Positions 49,788 to 61,920 of a stretch of 64,000 nt of DNA are shown here, one piece after another. Positions within the stretch are counted from its first letter, which is position 1. Each line of letters starts with the position of its first letter. Location of the stretch: NCBI GenBank assembly GCA_010405405.1, contig MU004231.1:1433784-1497783 (forward strand). Reading direction: 5' to 3'. Origin of the DNA: Microthyrium microscopicum. Lineage: Eukaryota. A model generated the notes under the pieces. The model searched no databases and had not been told where the DNA came from. It saw only the letters and a list, made by a program, of their open reading frames with translations. The position numbers and the translations under genes were made by a program.

Positions 49788-51263
49788 ATGGCTCCCCAAA
49801 CTGATATTCCATTAGTAAGTCTTTGCCTAGACAGTGAGACATCATACTGATACCGCCAGACAGCCAATGTGCTGGGAGTATGTACTCTTCCTTCGTCTGG
49901 TCAGCAACAACTAATCATATTGTTTGCCTCAAGATAATAGGAACTGGTAAGTGCCTCTAACCCTTGGAAGAGTGTATTGTAACTTCATTGCGTAGTGTAA
50001 GTGCTTATAAGATATCTTGGAGATTTAATTGGCTGAACATATCATAGGCTTTGGTGCATTCAGGTAATTAACAAGCTGCTGATCATATCTTACAAGTGCT
50101 AACGTTCCCAGCTCGTGCCTCAGTGAGCAAAGTTTGTAACTTTTCAGGAACAAAGCGCTCATGTTTCTAGAATATGGAAAAACTGGAAACGTCAGAGCAC
50201 AGAAGGCGCTACAGGTACCATGTTTCTTATATGGGCGATATGTAAGTTGTCCATGTACCCTAAAGTACTGCCCGTACTTTCTCCTACAGGTACCACACTG
50301 GCTGATCAGTGATAGCATGTCCACCAGCCGGAGCATATGCAATAATACAGGTATTTCAGGAAGTACATCAAACTCTATTATACTGACAATTTACTCCATT
50401 AAGAACTTTAACATACCAATTCAAATCCAGCCCAACATTTTATGTGCTCTAGCATTTGTTGCGTGGAGTCAAACGCTGTTCTACCACAAGTTCGTCCCTG
50501 GACCTGTTGTCATTGACAGGACTGACCAACATTCAGCAAGTTCAAGATATGGAAATCGGTCACTTTAGCTTTCAGTGTAGCAGTCGTCAGTAGTGGTGTT
50601 GAATTACTGCTAGTTTTTATCATACAGGTTAGCAGTAATTGAGAGCTAGGTTTCCACTGTTCCAGTACTCCACTGACAGTATCAGCGGTACTATCGACGC
50701 GGAGTTATCTGGCCTGTCACATTTCTTGGAATCGTTTCCGATATTGGAATCCTAGTAGGACTCATCCCACCATATATCGAGTTGTCCAAGAGGGGCGGCC
50801 AGTCTGTAGGCATAAGTAGCTCTCTCAAACTTCACTGCATAAGATTAAATTACTAATCTCTTCCGACAGGCTTTCGATTCCTCGCTGTCGACATGAGTGG
50901 AGCATTGTTTTCGCTTCTTGCATTAGGTAATCGAATATCCAATGGTTCCAAGATCGTACAACACTAATCAAACAAAAGCTGCGCAACACACTTTTGACTT
51001 TCTTGGAGGTATCCAATATATTCTCGTGTGAGTCCATAATCTGCAAGACATACATATATTCTGATTTTTGCTACAGCATAACAATGGAAACCGGCATTAT
51101 TTTAGCACATCTCATCTGGTTCATGCGACCCAAAGACGATTTGAAACCTTTCAAGAGCAAAGACAAGAGAAATTGTGAAATTATCCAGCACGATTCAACC
51201 AGATGCTCACCCGGGGAGCTCGAAGCGTCAAAAACAATGGAGAGTCCAAAGTCAATTTTCTGA
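49788..51263 (+). CDS. PQ-loop family membrane transporter, 14 exons including a predicted 1-nt exon
   Basis: Splices to MAPQTDIPLTANVLGIIGTVLWCIQLVPQIWKNWKRQSTEG...WAISCPPAGAYAIIQNFNIPIQIQP...GLIPPYIELSKRGG..VGISFRFLAVDMSGALFSLLAL..QHTFD; 13 short GT-AG introns, most with recognisable branch sites. Confidence 0.88.
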
Positions 51264-51688
51264 TCAAGCTAATGTTTGTGGGAATATCAGTACGTTTTTA
51301 CTTTCACATTATTCATCGTGCTTTTGGCTTATCATAGTCATTTCCGATGTCTTTTTCCTCCGAAGACGCTTCATCTCCTCTCTGAAATTTTCAAAGGGTA
51401 GTAATGCAGGTACTGCTGTCAACTACTGAAAGGTATAATGTCGGATGTAGCACTCAAAATGTTGGAAAATCTACAATTCTGATAGCATTCCGGTGATTTA
51501 GAAAACTGTAATACACTCCATTGTAGTCTTTCTTCAGGGACTGCTTTGGCAGGTGTCGAAGTTCATGTAAATTGCTTTTCAACGATTTAGCTTTGGACTA
51601 AGAAAGAGCTCCTAATCACTTCGTATCTTGCCCTTCTGGAGGTGTCACAACGTCAAATGAGGACCATAGGCATTTTTGGACCCATTCT

Positions 51689-52098
51689 TTAATCCATAAT
51701 ACCGGTCAATAAAGTACCAAGAACCAGTCCCAAAGGCGCATGGCTCCAGTGATTCCATTCACCCTTTTCTTCTGACCAGCACACCAAGCCATCTCCCACG
51801 ACAACAAAACTTGCTGCGAGAGGTTCCAGCCAAGTGCTTTTCGGCTGCCAAAATACACAGTGGCATAAACTGACAAGCCCATGGAAATGTCTCGGATGCC
51901 GTATATTATCATGAGATTGTTGATCAACTTTTTCTCCACTGAAGTTGTTGGCATGTCAAACTCGAAGAATGTTGGAGCATGGGCTGGTCATAAGATGGCA
52001 TTGATTCCAAAGCCTATGGCAATTGTGCCCATTGCGGTGGCCGCAATGGTGAGAGCATAAGAATGAGATAGTTTCTGAGATGTCGCAGCCGTCGCTAT
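51689..52098 (-). pseudogene. Disabled DUF4267-type small integral membrane protein gene
   Basis: GFGINAIL*PAHA.TFFEF...IYGIRDISMG...ALGW then a frameshift to AASFVVVGDGLVCW...WNHWSHAP. ATA instead of ATG at the expected start (52098), in-frame TGA at 51990-51988 (likely from CGA), 1-nt frameshift near 51820. Confidence 0.75.
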
Positions 52099-52503
52099 TT
52101 TCTGGTACGGAGATGGATCAATGGAGACGATCGGAACAATGATTGAGATAGCCGGAATGAAGATCTTGAAAGCTTTCGATAGTGTGCTACACAAGGGTTT
52201 CTGTGTTGAGGGATCGCTGGAGAGGAAACGCGCTGAAGCGCGCGTTGTCGCCAGCAAATCAGCCTTGCCAAGCATGCATTGTTGTCACAAGGCTAAGATA
52301 TCCCAAATCAGGTCGGCGCCATCCATGGACCATCAGGCTGACCTTCCGCGCACGGACACATAGCGATCCGAGCGTCGCTTCGCCTCATCTACATCACTCA
52401 TCAAAGGATCATTTCCTCCCCGCTTAACGACCAACAAAGAACTTCTTCCTCTCCAACCTTTTCATCCTGTCGCTCCTGGCAACCTCTTCTATCAGCCGCA
52501 GCC

Positions 52504-53432
52504 ATGTCAAAGACCGCTAAGTACACGCCTGTCCCCTCGCGCGACTCGGTCGACGAGCCGTCGTCTGCCTACTCTCAGCCGCCACCCAGTTACCAGCAAG
52601 AAGCTCAAGAAGGACTGTTGGCAGGAGCTCGCACTGAATATGACAACGTTCCGGATGACTTCAAGGTGAGACTTTTAATACTCTGTTCCCTCTGGGAAAC
52701 TAGTGCTAATGCAGATGGTAGTTTGGCGGAAGTGTTGCGGAGGCAACTTTGGATATCCGAATGGCATTTGTCCGCAAGGTCTACGCCATCTTGTGAGTAA
52801 CCACAGATCTTATACGGGATCCTAAGGCTAACAATGTTAGAACTGTCCAAATTCTCCTTACCGTCGGCGTCTCCACGATTTCCTTCCTAAGTACCGGCTA
52901 TAAGAACTGGATTCAAACCAACCAGTGGATGTTATGGACCTCGCTCTTCGGCTCGATCGCATTCATGCTCCTCACTTTCTGGAAGCGCAAGTCCTACCCT
53001 ACGAACCTCCTCTTTCTCGGTATCTTCACGGCCCTAGAAGCGTACACCATCAGCGTTATCACCAGCTTTTACGACAGCAAGATCGTTCTCGAAGCGCTCA
53101 TCTTTACACTGGGCATCTTCGTTGCTCTGACGCTGTTCGCCTGCCAGACCAAGTACGACTTTACAAGCTGGATGCCATATCTCTTTGGCGCACTCTGGGT
53201 TATGATTCTGTTTGGCTTCATGGCAGCTTTCTTCCCATACAGCAGCAAGATGGAGCTTGGATACGGAATTGCAGGCGCACTGATCTTTAGCGCCTACATC
53301 CTCGTCGATACGCAGCTTATCATGCGACACTATCACGTGGAAGAGGAGATCGCGGCCGCCATTTCGCTCTACCTTGACATCATCAACCTTTTCCTTTCCA
53401 TCCTCCGTATCCTCAACAGCCAGCAGAACTAG
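52504..53432 (+). CDS. BXI1: Bax inhibitor-1/TMBIM family protein Bxi1, 3 exons
   Basis: Exons 52504-52665, 52722-52792, 52841-53432; PDDFKFGGSVAEA, IRMAFVRKVY, SYPTNLLFL, QTKYDFT, YILVDTQ, SLYLDIINLF motifs. Confidence 0.93.
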
Positions 53433-54299
53433 GCAGTACGATACGACGGTTTTAGCGATTTGGATTTTACCAGGGGAGAACAGGCATAATCGACTACAAG
53501 TTTCACAACCTAGCATAACATTTCCTTCTCTTTGTCACGATATGAGATTATGGATTACAAGCGCGTTCTTTTGATTGACCTAGTTTCAAGGATTGGAGTT
53601 AGGCACCTTATTAGTTAGTTCTCAAGTTAATTGAGAAATACATCAGTGTTGAAATAAAGTCAAGTGAATACCTTGGAGCCTCGCGCAATGTCGACGAACA
53701 GAGGCTACTTCTCAAATGTTTTGCATGAAGCAATGCAGGGTCTTGCTATTATCGTGGGCCGCAACGTGCAGTGCGCTTCATACGACTATTGGTTGGAAAG
53801 TGGTGACATGCCCGCTTGTATGCATTGGCACTATCAAATTTCCAGCCCCTCAATTAATGCTTTGGGTATAGGTTTCCCCGGATCTACTTGTAGTGGGGAT
53901 AGTCCGGTTTATGTTCAGAGGAAGTACACAAGAACTTTACAGGACGAATAAGGGCTTGCGATGTCTACAACCCCTTTTCGAACCAAACATGCCAACTTGG
54001 ACATGGCTTCTCGATGAACCCGTGAACTCGGAACGTCGTTCATAGCAAATAAAGCACTCGATGGGAAATATCGCACTCGATGAGAGCTTGGCGTTGTATT
54101 TCAATCGCCCCACCACAATAGATTTTGATGGAAGCTCTTGACCGCCTCGGCCTTCTTGATGTTTTGTTTCCACACCATTCATTCTCCAAACATGACCTGA
54201 TTCTTCGATCGCAATTTTATCTTATTCTATGTTTATTTCCATCGTTCAATCTTGTCCTTGGTCTCTGCATTAAAATTTAAACTTGGGTGGACTGAAAAG

Positions 54300-55043
54300 C
54301 TATTCTTAATTGCAAGATACTGTGGACTGCTGCAGATTCTTAGCAACCAAAAAAACTACCAATATGAAATCTGCTAGAAGGTAGTTTTTGACGTTTAGAC
54401 CCGCCCTTCTACTAAAACATAATTTAATTAAATTCTAACTTTAGAATAAGTTATTGGGTCCTTTCCTTTATAACTTATGGCTTTAAAATATTTATTTACG
54501 ATCTTTATTAGTAGAGTAATTTGCTTTAGAAACTTACTAATGGTTTTTAAGGTTTTTTGGCAATAAGACCAAAAGTCTTAGCAAGCTAAAACCAAGATTC
54601 TTAAGATTCTTAAGGACTAACTACGGTTAACTTCTAAGGCAATTTACTCTATTAATAAAGGTCATAAATAAGAATTTTAAAGCTATAAGTTATAGAGGAA
54701 AGGACCTAATAGCTTATTCTAAAGTTAGAATTTGATTTGCTTCTAAAACTACTTTATAATGAGTTATTAAAGTAAGGTCAAGATAGCTAAAGATAGCTAA
54801 CTTTAACTTAAAGCTACGTTACTAAAACCTTATATAATTAAATTCTAATTAAAGAATAAGCTATTAGGTCCTGTCCTCTATAACTTATAGCTTTAAAATT
54901 CTTATTTACGACCTTTATTGATAGAGTAAATTGCCTTGGAAGTTGACCGTAGTTAGTCCGTTAACACTTGAAATTGTGATTTTGGCTTTTATTCCTTGCC
55001 AAGACTTAGCGCGCAGTCCACAGTATCTTGCAATTAAGAATAG
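54300..55043. mobile_element. Non-autonomous MITE / fold-back element (744 bp)
   Basis: Perfect 31-bp inverted repeat CTATTCTTAATTGCAAGATACTGTGGACTGC (54300-54330, 55013-55043). TSD is either TA (inside the IR) or AG (outside). No ORF; three internal copies of a ~120-bp unit; RIP-like TpA richness. Confidence 0.85.
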
Positions 55044-55899
55044 AGGCACGACTACTCCGTACTGAGCAGGGTTGTGATTTAATTTAGTACTTTTTAATTA
55101 ATTTCGAATTAATACTAATTAAATTAATTTTAATTCTTGATTTTCAAATTAACTTAGTATTAATTTGGGGTCTGTACTAATTAAATTAATTAGGCTGAAT
55201 TAAGAATTAATTAAATATATTAATTTAAATTAATATATTTATAGTTATATATTTATTTATAGTAAAGTTATATACTTTACTATTCCATTTTCTTCGTAGA
55301 ATTCAAATCTATTCTTAGAATTTTTATATCTATTATAGTTATAACGATATGAATAGATTTAGAAAATATTTAATAATTATTATTAGTAAAATAAGAATAT
55401 CTAAATAGTTATAATAGTTATAAAAATAAGAATAATATATCTAAATTCCTTAAGTTTTCTAGATACTAAATATATATAATAGCTTATATAAAACCTAAAT
55501 ATACTAATAGTTATTAGCTTTAGGTTAAAAGTTAGTAAAATTTATATACTTCTTAATTCTTTTAATTACTTAAAAACAAGATATATAGCTACTATTCTAA
55601 TTATAGCTATAATATAATAAAAGTATATATTAAAATACTCGTTATAAATCTAGGAATATAAATATAATAATAATTTAGCTTAATATTATATATTTATTAC
55701 GTAATTAATATATTTAGAAAAAGAAAATTATAATTTATTAGTTTTATAGTATTTATAATATTATATATAGTATATTAGCTTTAATTACTATATATATATA
55801 CTTATTATATACTAGGAAGTAGTATATAGTAAGTATATTTTCTTATTTAGTTATATATATTATATAAACTTAAAATATTTAACTATTTAATATAGTTTA

Positions 55900-57610
55900 T
55901 TAAAAAATAAAGTTCTAAATATATTATATATAATTATTATAAGCTATAAGTGTTTTTTTATACTTATAATAGCTATAGAAGATTATTAGAAGTAGTAATA
56001 TAGCTTTATATAGTTAATATATATTATTAATAGTATATTTACTATTATTTTATAAATATTAAAAAAGCTAAAATATTTCTATCCTTTATATACTTAGTAT
56101 AATATTATTATTATAATACTAAAATTACTTTAAACTAATTAGAAAAATAAGCTCTATAAAATAGCCTATTTAGATTTGCTTATCTAAGCCTTAATAAAAT
56201 AATTATATAAAGAAATTTAAAATAATAAACTATTATTTATTAGTAGAACTAGACTTAGATAAGATAAGAAAAGTATAGCGTTATAATTAGAAAAAATAGC
56301 TCTATCTACTAGTATAATTAGTTTACTTATATAAGCTATATTAATAAATTTTAGAATTCAAACAAGAGAATAAAAATTATATTTCTAGTCTCTATAAATA
56401 TCTAGATTATAATTATTAAAATCTACCGTATCTTCTACTTCTATAGTATCTACTATACTATTATCTTATATTATAGCTTCTTCTTCTATAATAGTAGGAG
56501 TAGTTTATAGACTATAAAAAGGGCTAGAAGAATAATAGTTAGTAAGTCTAGTTCTTTCTAGATTAATTCCCTTTTTAGCTACTATTCTTCTTCTATTAGC
56601 CTAAATATAATTAGTATAAATATTAATTAATATAGTAATTACTTACTATAGTAGCTATATATCTTTTTATAGTTTCTTTTTATCGCTTTTTTTTGTCTCT
56701 TTTTTGCTAAATTATCTATTCTAAATAGCGTAATTCTAATATATTGTTTTTATTAGTTCTAGCTTTAGAACTATAAGGTGTTTTTAGCTAAGAAAGCGTT
56801 TTTTCAAAAGGAAATTTAGTAGTAGAATTAGCCTATTTAGGCGATTAATTTTTAGGCATGTCTTAAAATTCTTTAGGCTAATCGTTAATACCTTATAGAA
56901 TCCTATTAGATATTAGCTTAATAATTAATAAATAGTAGTTATTTATTACTTACATTTAATTATTATAGCTAGAAATAAAACTAGACTATTTTGGCTATAA
57001 ATCGTAAAGATTTCCTTCTAATTTTAGTAGTAAAATATATTAATATTCTCTAATACTAGACTAAACTGCTAGTATTTTAAATACGACTAGAACGGTAGTA
57101 TCTCGCTAATTAAGCTAAAAGGTATGTTTATAGTTTAGTTCCTTTCGTTATAGAATATAAAAAATATAGAATATATCTAGTTTAATACTATTTAGTTAGA
57201 TCTTTCGTTCTAGAAAGCTTTAATAATAAAGAAGCTTGCTTTCATCTTTAAAGAAGATTACATAGCTATAAGTATAGCTAGTAGGTAAGCTATTCTTCTT
57301 TAGGAGGAAGATTTTACTAGAATGTATTCTTTTTAAAGAAATAAAAGTAGTAGTATAATCTAAAAACTCACTAACGAATCTCTAAGCTTTACTAAGCTAA
57401 TCTTAAGTCTAAGGGACTACTAGACTTATTAGAAATAACTAAAAAGAGTATTTATTACTTATAGTATAATATACTTTCCTTTAGTGCAACTTATATATTA
57501 GCTATTCTAAAAATAATTAGTTAATTAAAAAAAAAGTAAAAAAAAAACAATATTAGAAAACAAGGTATAACTTACTTAAAAGTGCAACTTAAGAGAAGCT
57601 AACACTATAG
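55900..57610 (-). pseudogene. Possible second, divergently oriented decayed ORF inside the hAT element (limits approximate)
   Basis: Minus-strand GTAAG donors (57575, ~56646) with branch/acceptor motifs and codon-like text broken by TAA/TAG; product not recognisable. Confidence 0.35.
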
Positions 57611-57896
57611 CTAAAAAGAGCAAAAAAAACTAAGTAGAAAGGTATATTACATAATTAAATACTAGTAGGCGAAGTACTAGAAAAGTAGAGGTAAATATAT
57701 TAAGTTAGAAAATAGTTATTAGGGTAGAAATAGGCATATAAGTAGATAACCTAAAGGGCTAGATTACTATGCCAAGGCCCTTATTATCTATCAGCCCTTA
57801 GTACAATTATATGTATTATAAATTAGATTAGTATAGTTACATTACTATTTAGGTTATTAAGTAAGTTAATATAGATTAAATACTAGGGTCTACACG

Positions 57897-58537
57897 TATC
57901 TATTTATAATTATAAGGGCTAGATTACGAGTAATTATAAGAACCCTATAAGATAAGCATATATTAAGGGCTAGATTACGCGTAATTACTAAGAATAGATA
58001 AACAAGTAAGCAAGTATAGATCTAAAGCTAGGATAATAAACAAGTTAAGTAAGATCTACGTTCTAGATTTACGTTATCTATTTATAATTACAAGGGCTAG
58101 ATTATAAGTAAATAGATCTAGACCTAGATCTACGCTTATTTACTAGGATACTTATTATTACTCATAATCTAGCCCTTATTATTATAAGTAATTAAGTAAG
58201 ATCTACGTTATAGATCTTACTCAACTTACGTATTATCCTAGCTTTAGATCTACACTTGCTTACTCGTTCATCTATTCCTAGTAATTACGCGTAATCTAGC
58301 CCTTAATCTATACTTATCTTATAGGGTTCTTATAATTACTTATAATCTAGCCTTTATAATTATAAATAGATAACGTAGATCTAGAACGTAAATCTTACTT
58401 TACTTACGTATTATCCTAGCTCTAGATCTACACTTGCTTACTCGTTTATTTATTCCTAGTAATTACATATAATCTAGCTCTTAATCTACGCTTATCTTGT
58501 AAGGTTCCTATACTTACTCGTAATTTAACCCTTATAA
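57897..58537. repeat. Internal inverted/direct repeat array (~160-bp unit, orientation + - -) in the hAT element
   Basis: 57897-58056 is the reverse complement of 58212-58371; 58391-58537 is a further direct copy of the latter. Recurring motif AAGGGCTAGATTAC / GTAATCTAGCCCTT. Confidence 0.85.
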
Positions 58538-59399
58538 ACATCTTGTATTTAGCTTATATTTAAACGTAGATTAAACGGTCTAGAAACACTTGCTTATTAA
58601 ACAGTTAGATTAGTAATAACTATTCCCTAAAATAGTAGTAGGGGTAGTAAGATAAGAAGAACGTTAGCGTAGTAAACTAGCTCTTTAAATTATATATAAG
58701 TAGTAGTAGTTCTCCTCTAGAAATAATTATATTCTATCTTATCTCATCCTATTCTATCTTATTCTATCTTATACTCTTCTACTTTCTATTATATTAGTAA
58801 TACTATTAGTAGTACTACTAGTTCTTTATTTCTATTACGTCTACTATATTTTATAGTTATACTAGCCTTTTATAGTTATAAGTAAGTTATTTTCTACTTA
58901 ATTTACTTAGTAAATTAACTAACTTTATTTTTAGAAATCTTATTATTTATTAGTATTTCTATAGAAATACTAATAATATATAGATCTTATTAATAATATA
59001 TTAATTTATCTTTATATAATTACTATTATCTATTAGCTTTATAGCTATTATTACTAGAATTATTTATAATTTTAGTATTTTACTAGAAATTTTCTAGTTT
59101 ATTATATATTATTAATTAGAGTTATTCTAAATAATTCTAAATAGTATATATACTATCTAGCTATTTATAGCTATAATAGTATTATATTATTTAATATATA
59201 GTACTAGATACTTTATACTATATTTTTCTAAGATTTATCTTAGAATTTATAATATATTAGGAAATTAAAGGGAAATAATTTTATTTTATAGTTATATTAT
59301 AGCTATAAGATAAAATAAATATAGTTTTATACTATATTTTATACGCTCTATAAGACTATCTATTTAGATTCTCTTATCTAGCCTTAAAAAGATATAAAT

Positions 59400-61920
59400 A
59401 ATTACTATAAAAAGAATAATAACTAATTCAACTATTTAAATAAAAAATAATCCTAATAATAATAATAGCGAGATAATAGATAATATAGATTTATCTAGTT
59501 TACCTAGTAGAGATAACTATAGAATTACTTTTAGAAGTAATTCTAGAAGTAATTCTAGTTTTTAAGAAGACTTAGTAAATTTAACTACTTTTATTAATAA
59601 TAAATCTAATAAATCTAATTTTAGTCTTCTTAAACCTAAAGACGATCTAATTTATATTTTTAGTTAGGGATTATATACTTATAAGCTATATCCTATTAAT
59701 TTAAGAGAGCTACGATCCTATAAAATATAATATTCTTTATATAGTTATTCTAAAACTAAGATTAAAGTAGACGAATTTATATCTTCTAATTATATTTAGT
59801 ATTATAAATTAAAGTATCCTGCTATAGCTTATAATAAGAAAACAGAAAGAACTCTTACTAAGCTTACACTAGCTATTATTAGTAGTAGAAATAGTTCTAA
59901 TTTCTTTAATTTAGCTAAATCTAGTAATCCTAATAAATAATTAAGATCTTCTACTTTAACTAAATTTATAGAAGAAGAAGCTTTAACTAAAGTACTAAAC
60001 TTTCTTATTAAAAATAATCTATCTTTTAATATATATAATTTAGATTCTTTTCAATCACTTTTAAATTACTATAATAAAGCTACTCCTACTATTAATAGAT
60101 AGAAAATAAAAGAGTTATTAGTTAAAACCTTTAATTTAGGTCTAGAGGAATTTAAATTATCTATTAAAAGAGCTAAAGAAGCTAATAGATCTTTTTCTTT
60201 AGTATTAGATAGTTAGACATCTAATACTAGTATAGCCTATCTAGGTATAATTCTAGTCTATATTAATATAGATTTAAAAACTAAATATAACTTAATTAGT
60301 TTTACTAAATTAATAGAAAGTAAAACTAGTTTATATATATATAATAAATTACTTAATATTATTAGTTTATATAATTTAGATTTTACAGATATTATTTCTA
60401 TAACTAGAGATAATACTACTAAGAATGATAAACTACTAGAGTTTATATTTAAAAATCTAGCAGAAATATAAGAAACTAAAAATATTTTAATATTTAATAA
60501 ATTATTTAATATCCGCTATGCTACTTATATTATTAATTTAGTAGCTAAAGATATATTTACTCGTTTCTTATTAGATAAAAGCGTTAAAGAAGAGTTTTCT
60601 AATTATATTAATAAAACTAAAACTAAGAAGTTTTTAAGTAATAGACATAAAACTTTAGGTATAAATAAACGACTTACTTATAATATTATTCTAACTACTA
60701 GCGATTACCCTAGAGGTAGAATAGCTATATAAATAACTACTACTACTAGTAATAAAGAACATAGTAGTTTAATATTTAAAGTATATAAAGTAGTTTCTTA
60801 TATTAAATATAACTAAGATCCTAAAAAGTTATATTTAGAAGGCCTTAAAAAGTTTAAAGAAGAAGGTTTAATTCTTAAAGATTATAATAAAACTAGAATA
60901 AGTGGTAATAATATAACTAGATAGAATTCTACTTATAATATGCTACATCTTTTAATTATTACTAAAGATATAGTAGATTATATTAGTAATAATACTAAAG
61001 ATAAAGAATTTAAAGAGGTAATTATTACTTCTAAAGAATAGCTTATCTTAGAAGCTATTAGAGATATTCTAGAAATATTTGTTAAACCTTCTGTTAGTTT
61101 ATAAGCACAAGTTTATACTACTATTAATACTAGTTTATTACATATTATAAATATATATAAAAAACTAGAAGAAAAGCAATATTATATACTTAATAATTTA
61201 GATTAGCTTAGTTTAAGTTAGTCAGTAGATATAGATAATCTTAGAAGTACTATAAATAAAGGAATTACTAAGTTAGAACATTATTTCCCTAGAAATATTA
61301 CTCCTAAATAATTTAAATATTTAAAACCTTACTTAATAAGTACTATTTTAGATCTTAGATTTAAATTAGAGCATTTTAAAGAAGGAGAAGGTCTTTTATA
61401 TAAACTATCTAGTACTATAAAAGAAGATATAAAAGAACTACTTAAAGAAGAATATAGAAAGCTTAAGACTATATTCTTTACTATAGAATCTAATACAAAT
61501 TTATCTAATTTAAATAGTAGTAATACTACTAGTAAAAAGAAGAGTCTAAATAATAATATTCTTATTATTACTAATAGCGTAGTAGAAGAAGAATATACAC
61601 TATATCTTTAAGAACCTTCTTTACCTAAATCTAAACCTTTAGATTATTAAAAAGTAAATACTTCTAGATTTCCTATTTTATTTCTTTTAACTATTAGATA
61701 TCTTACTATACCTTTTACTTCAGCTTCTATTAAAAGTATTTTTAGTATTAGTAATATAGTTATATCTAAAACTAAAAATAGAATGAATCCTAATATAGCT
61801 AAGATACTTTTATTATTAAAAAGCTAGAAAATTATAAATTATAATTTATTATATTCTTATAAAGAAGAGATATTAATAGAAGAACTAAATATTAATAGTA
61901 ATAAAGAGGAATTTAGTTAG
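59400..61920 (+). pseudogene. RIP-mutated hAT transposase (5' end approximate)
   Basis: In a single frame: LVLDS*TS (60208; DxWT), ITRDNT (60403; TxDN), IRYATYIINL (60511; RCxxH), TR*NST (60916; TRWNS), and PLDY*K...RFPIL...IPFTSASIKSIFS (61630-61746; hAT C-terminal dimerisation domain). Confidence 0.9.

Noticed and set aside
49947..50047. Stwintron (intron nested in a donor site) as an alternative to the 1-nt exon
   Set aside because: Removing the first intron would create a poor donor (GTGTAA), and using it gives ACT|GCT TTG GTG, which is out of frame with LVPQ. Only retention of G+T restores the frame.
50242..50315. Internal CAG|GTACC in PQ-loop intron 7 as a zero-length exon or recursive splice site
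   Set aside because: The second half would be only 26 nt, too short for a fungal intron; a single 74-nt intron gives the same product.
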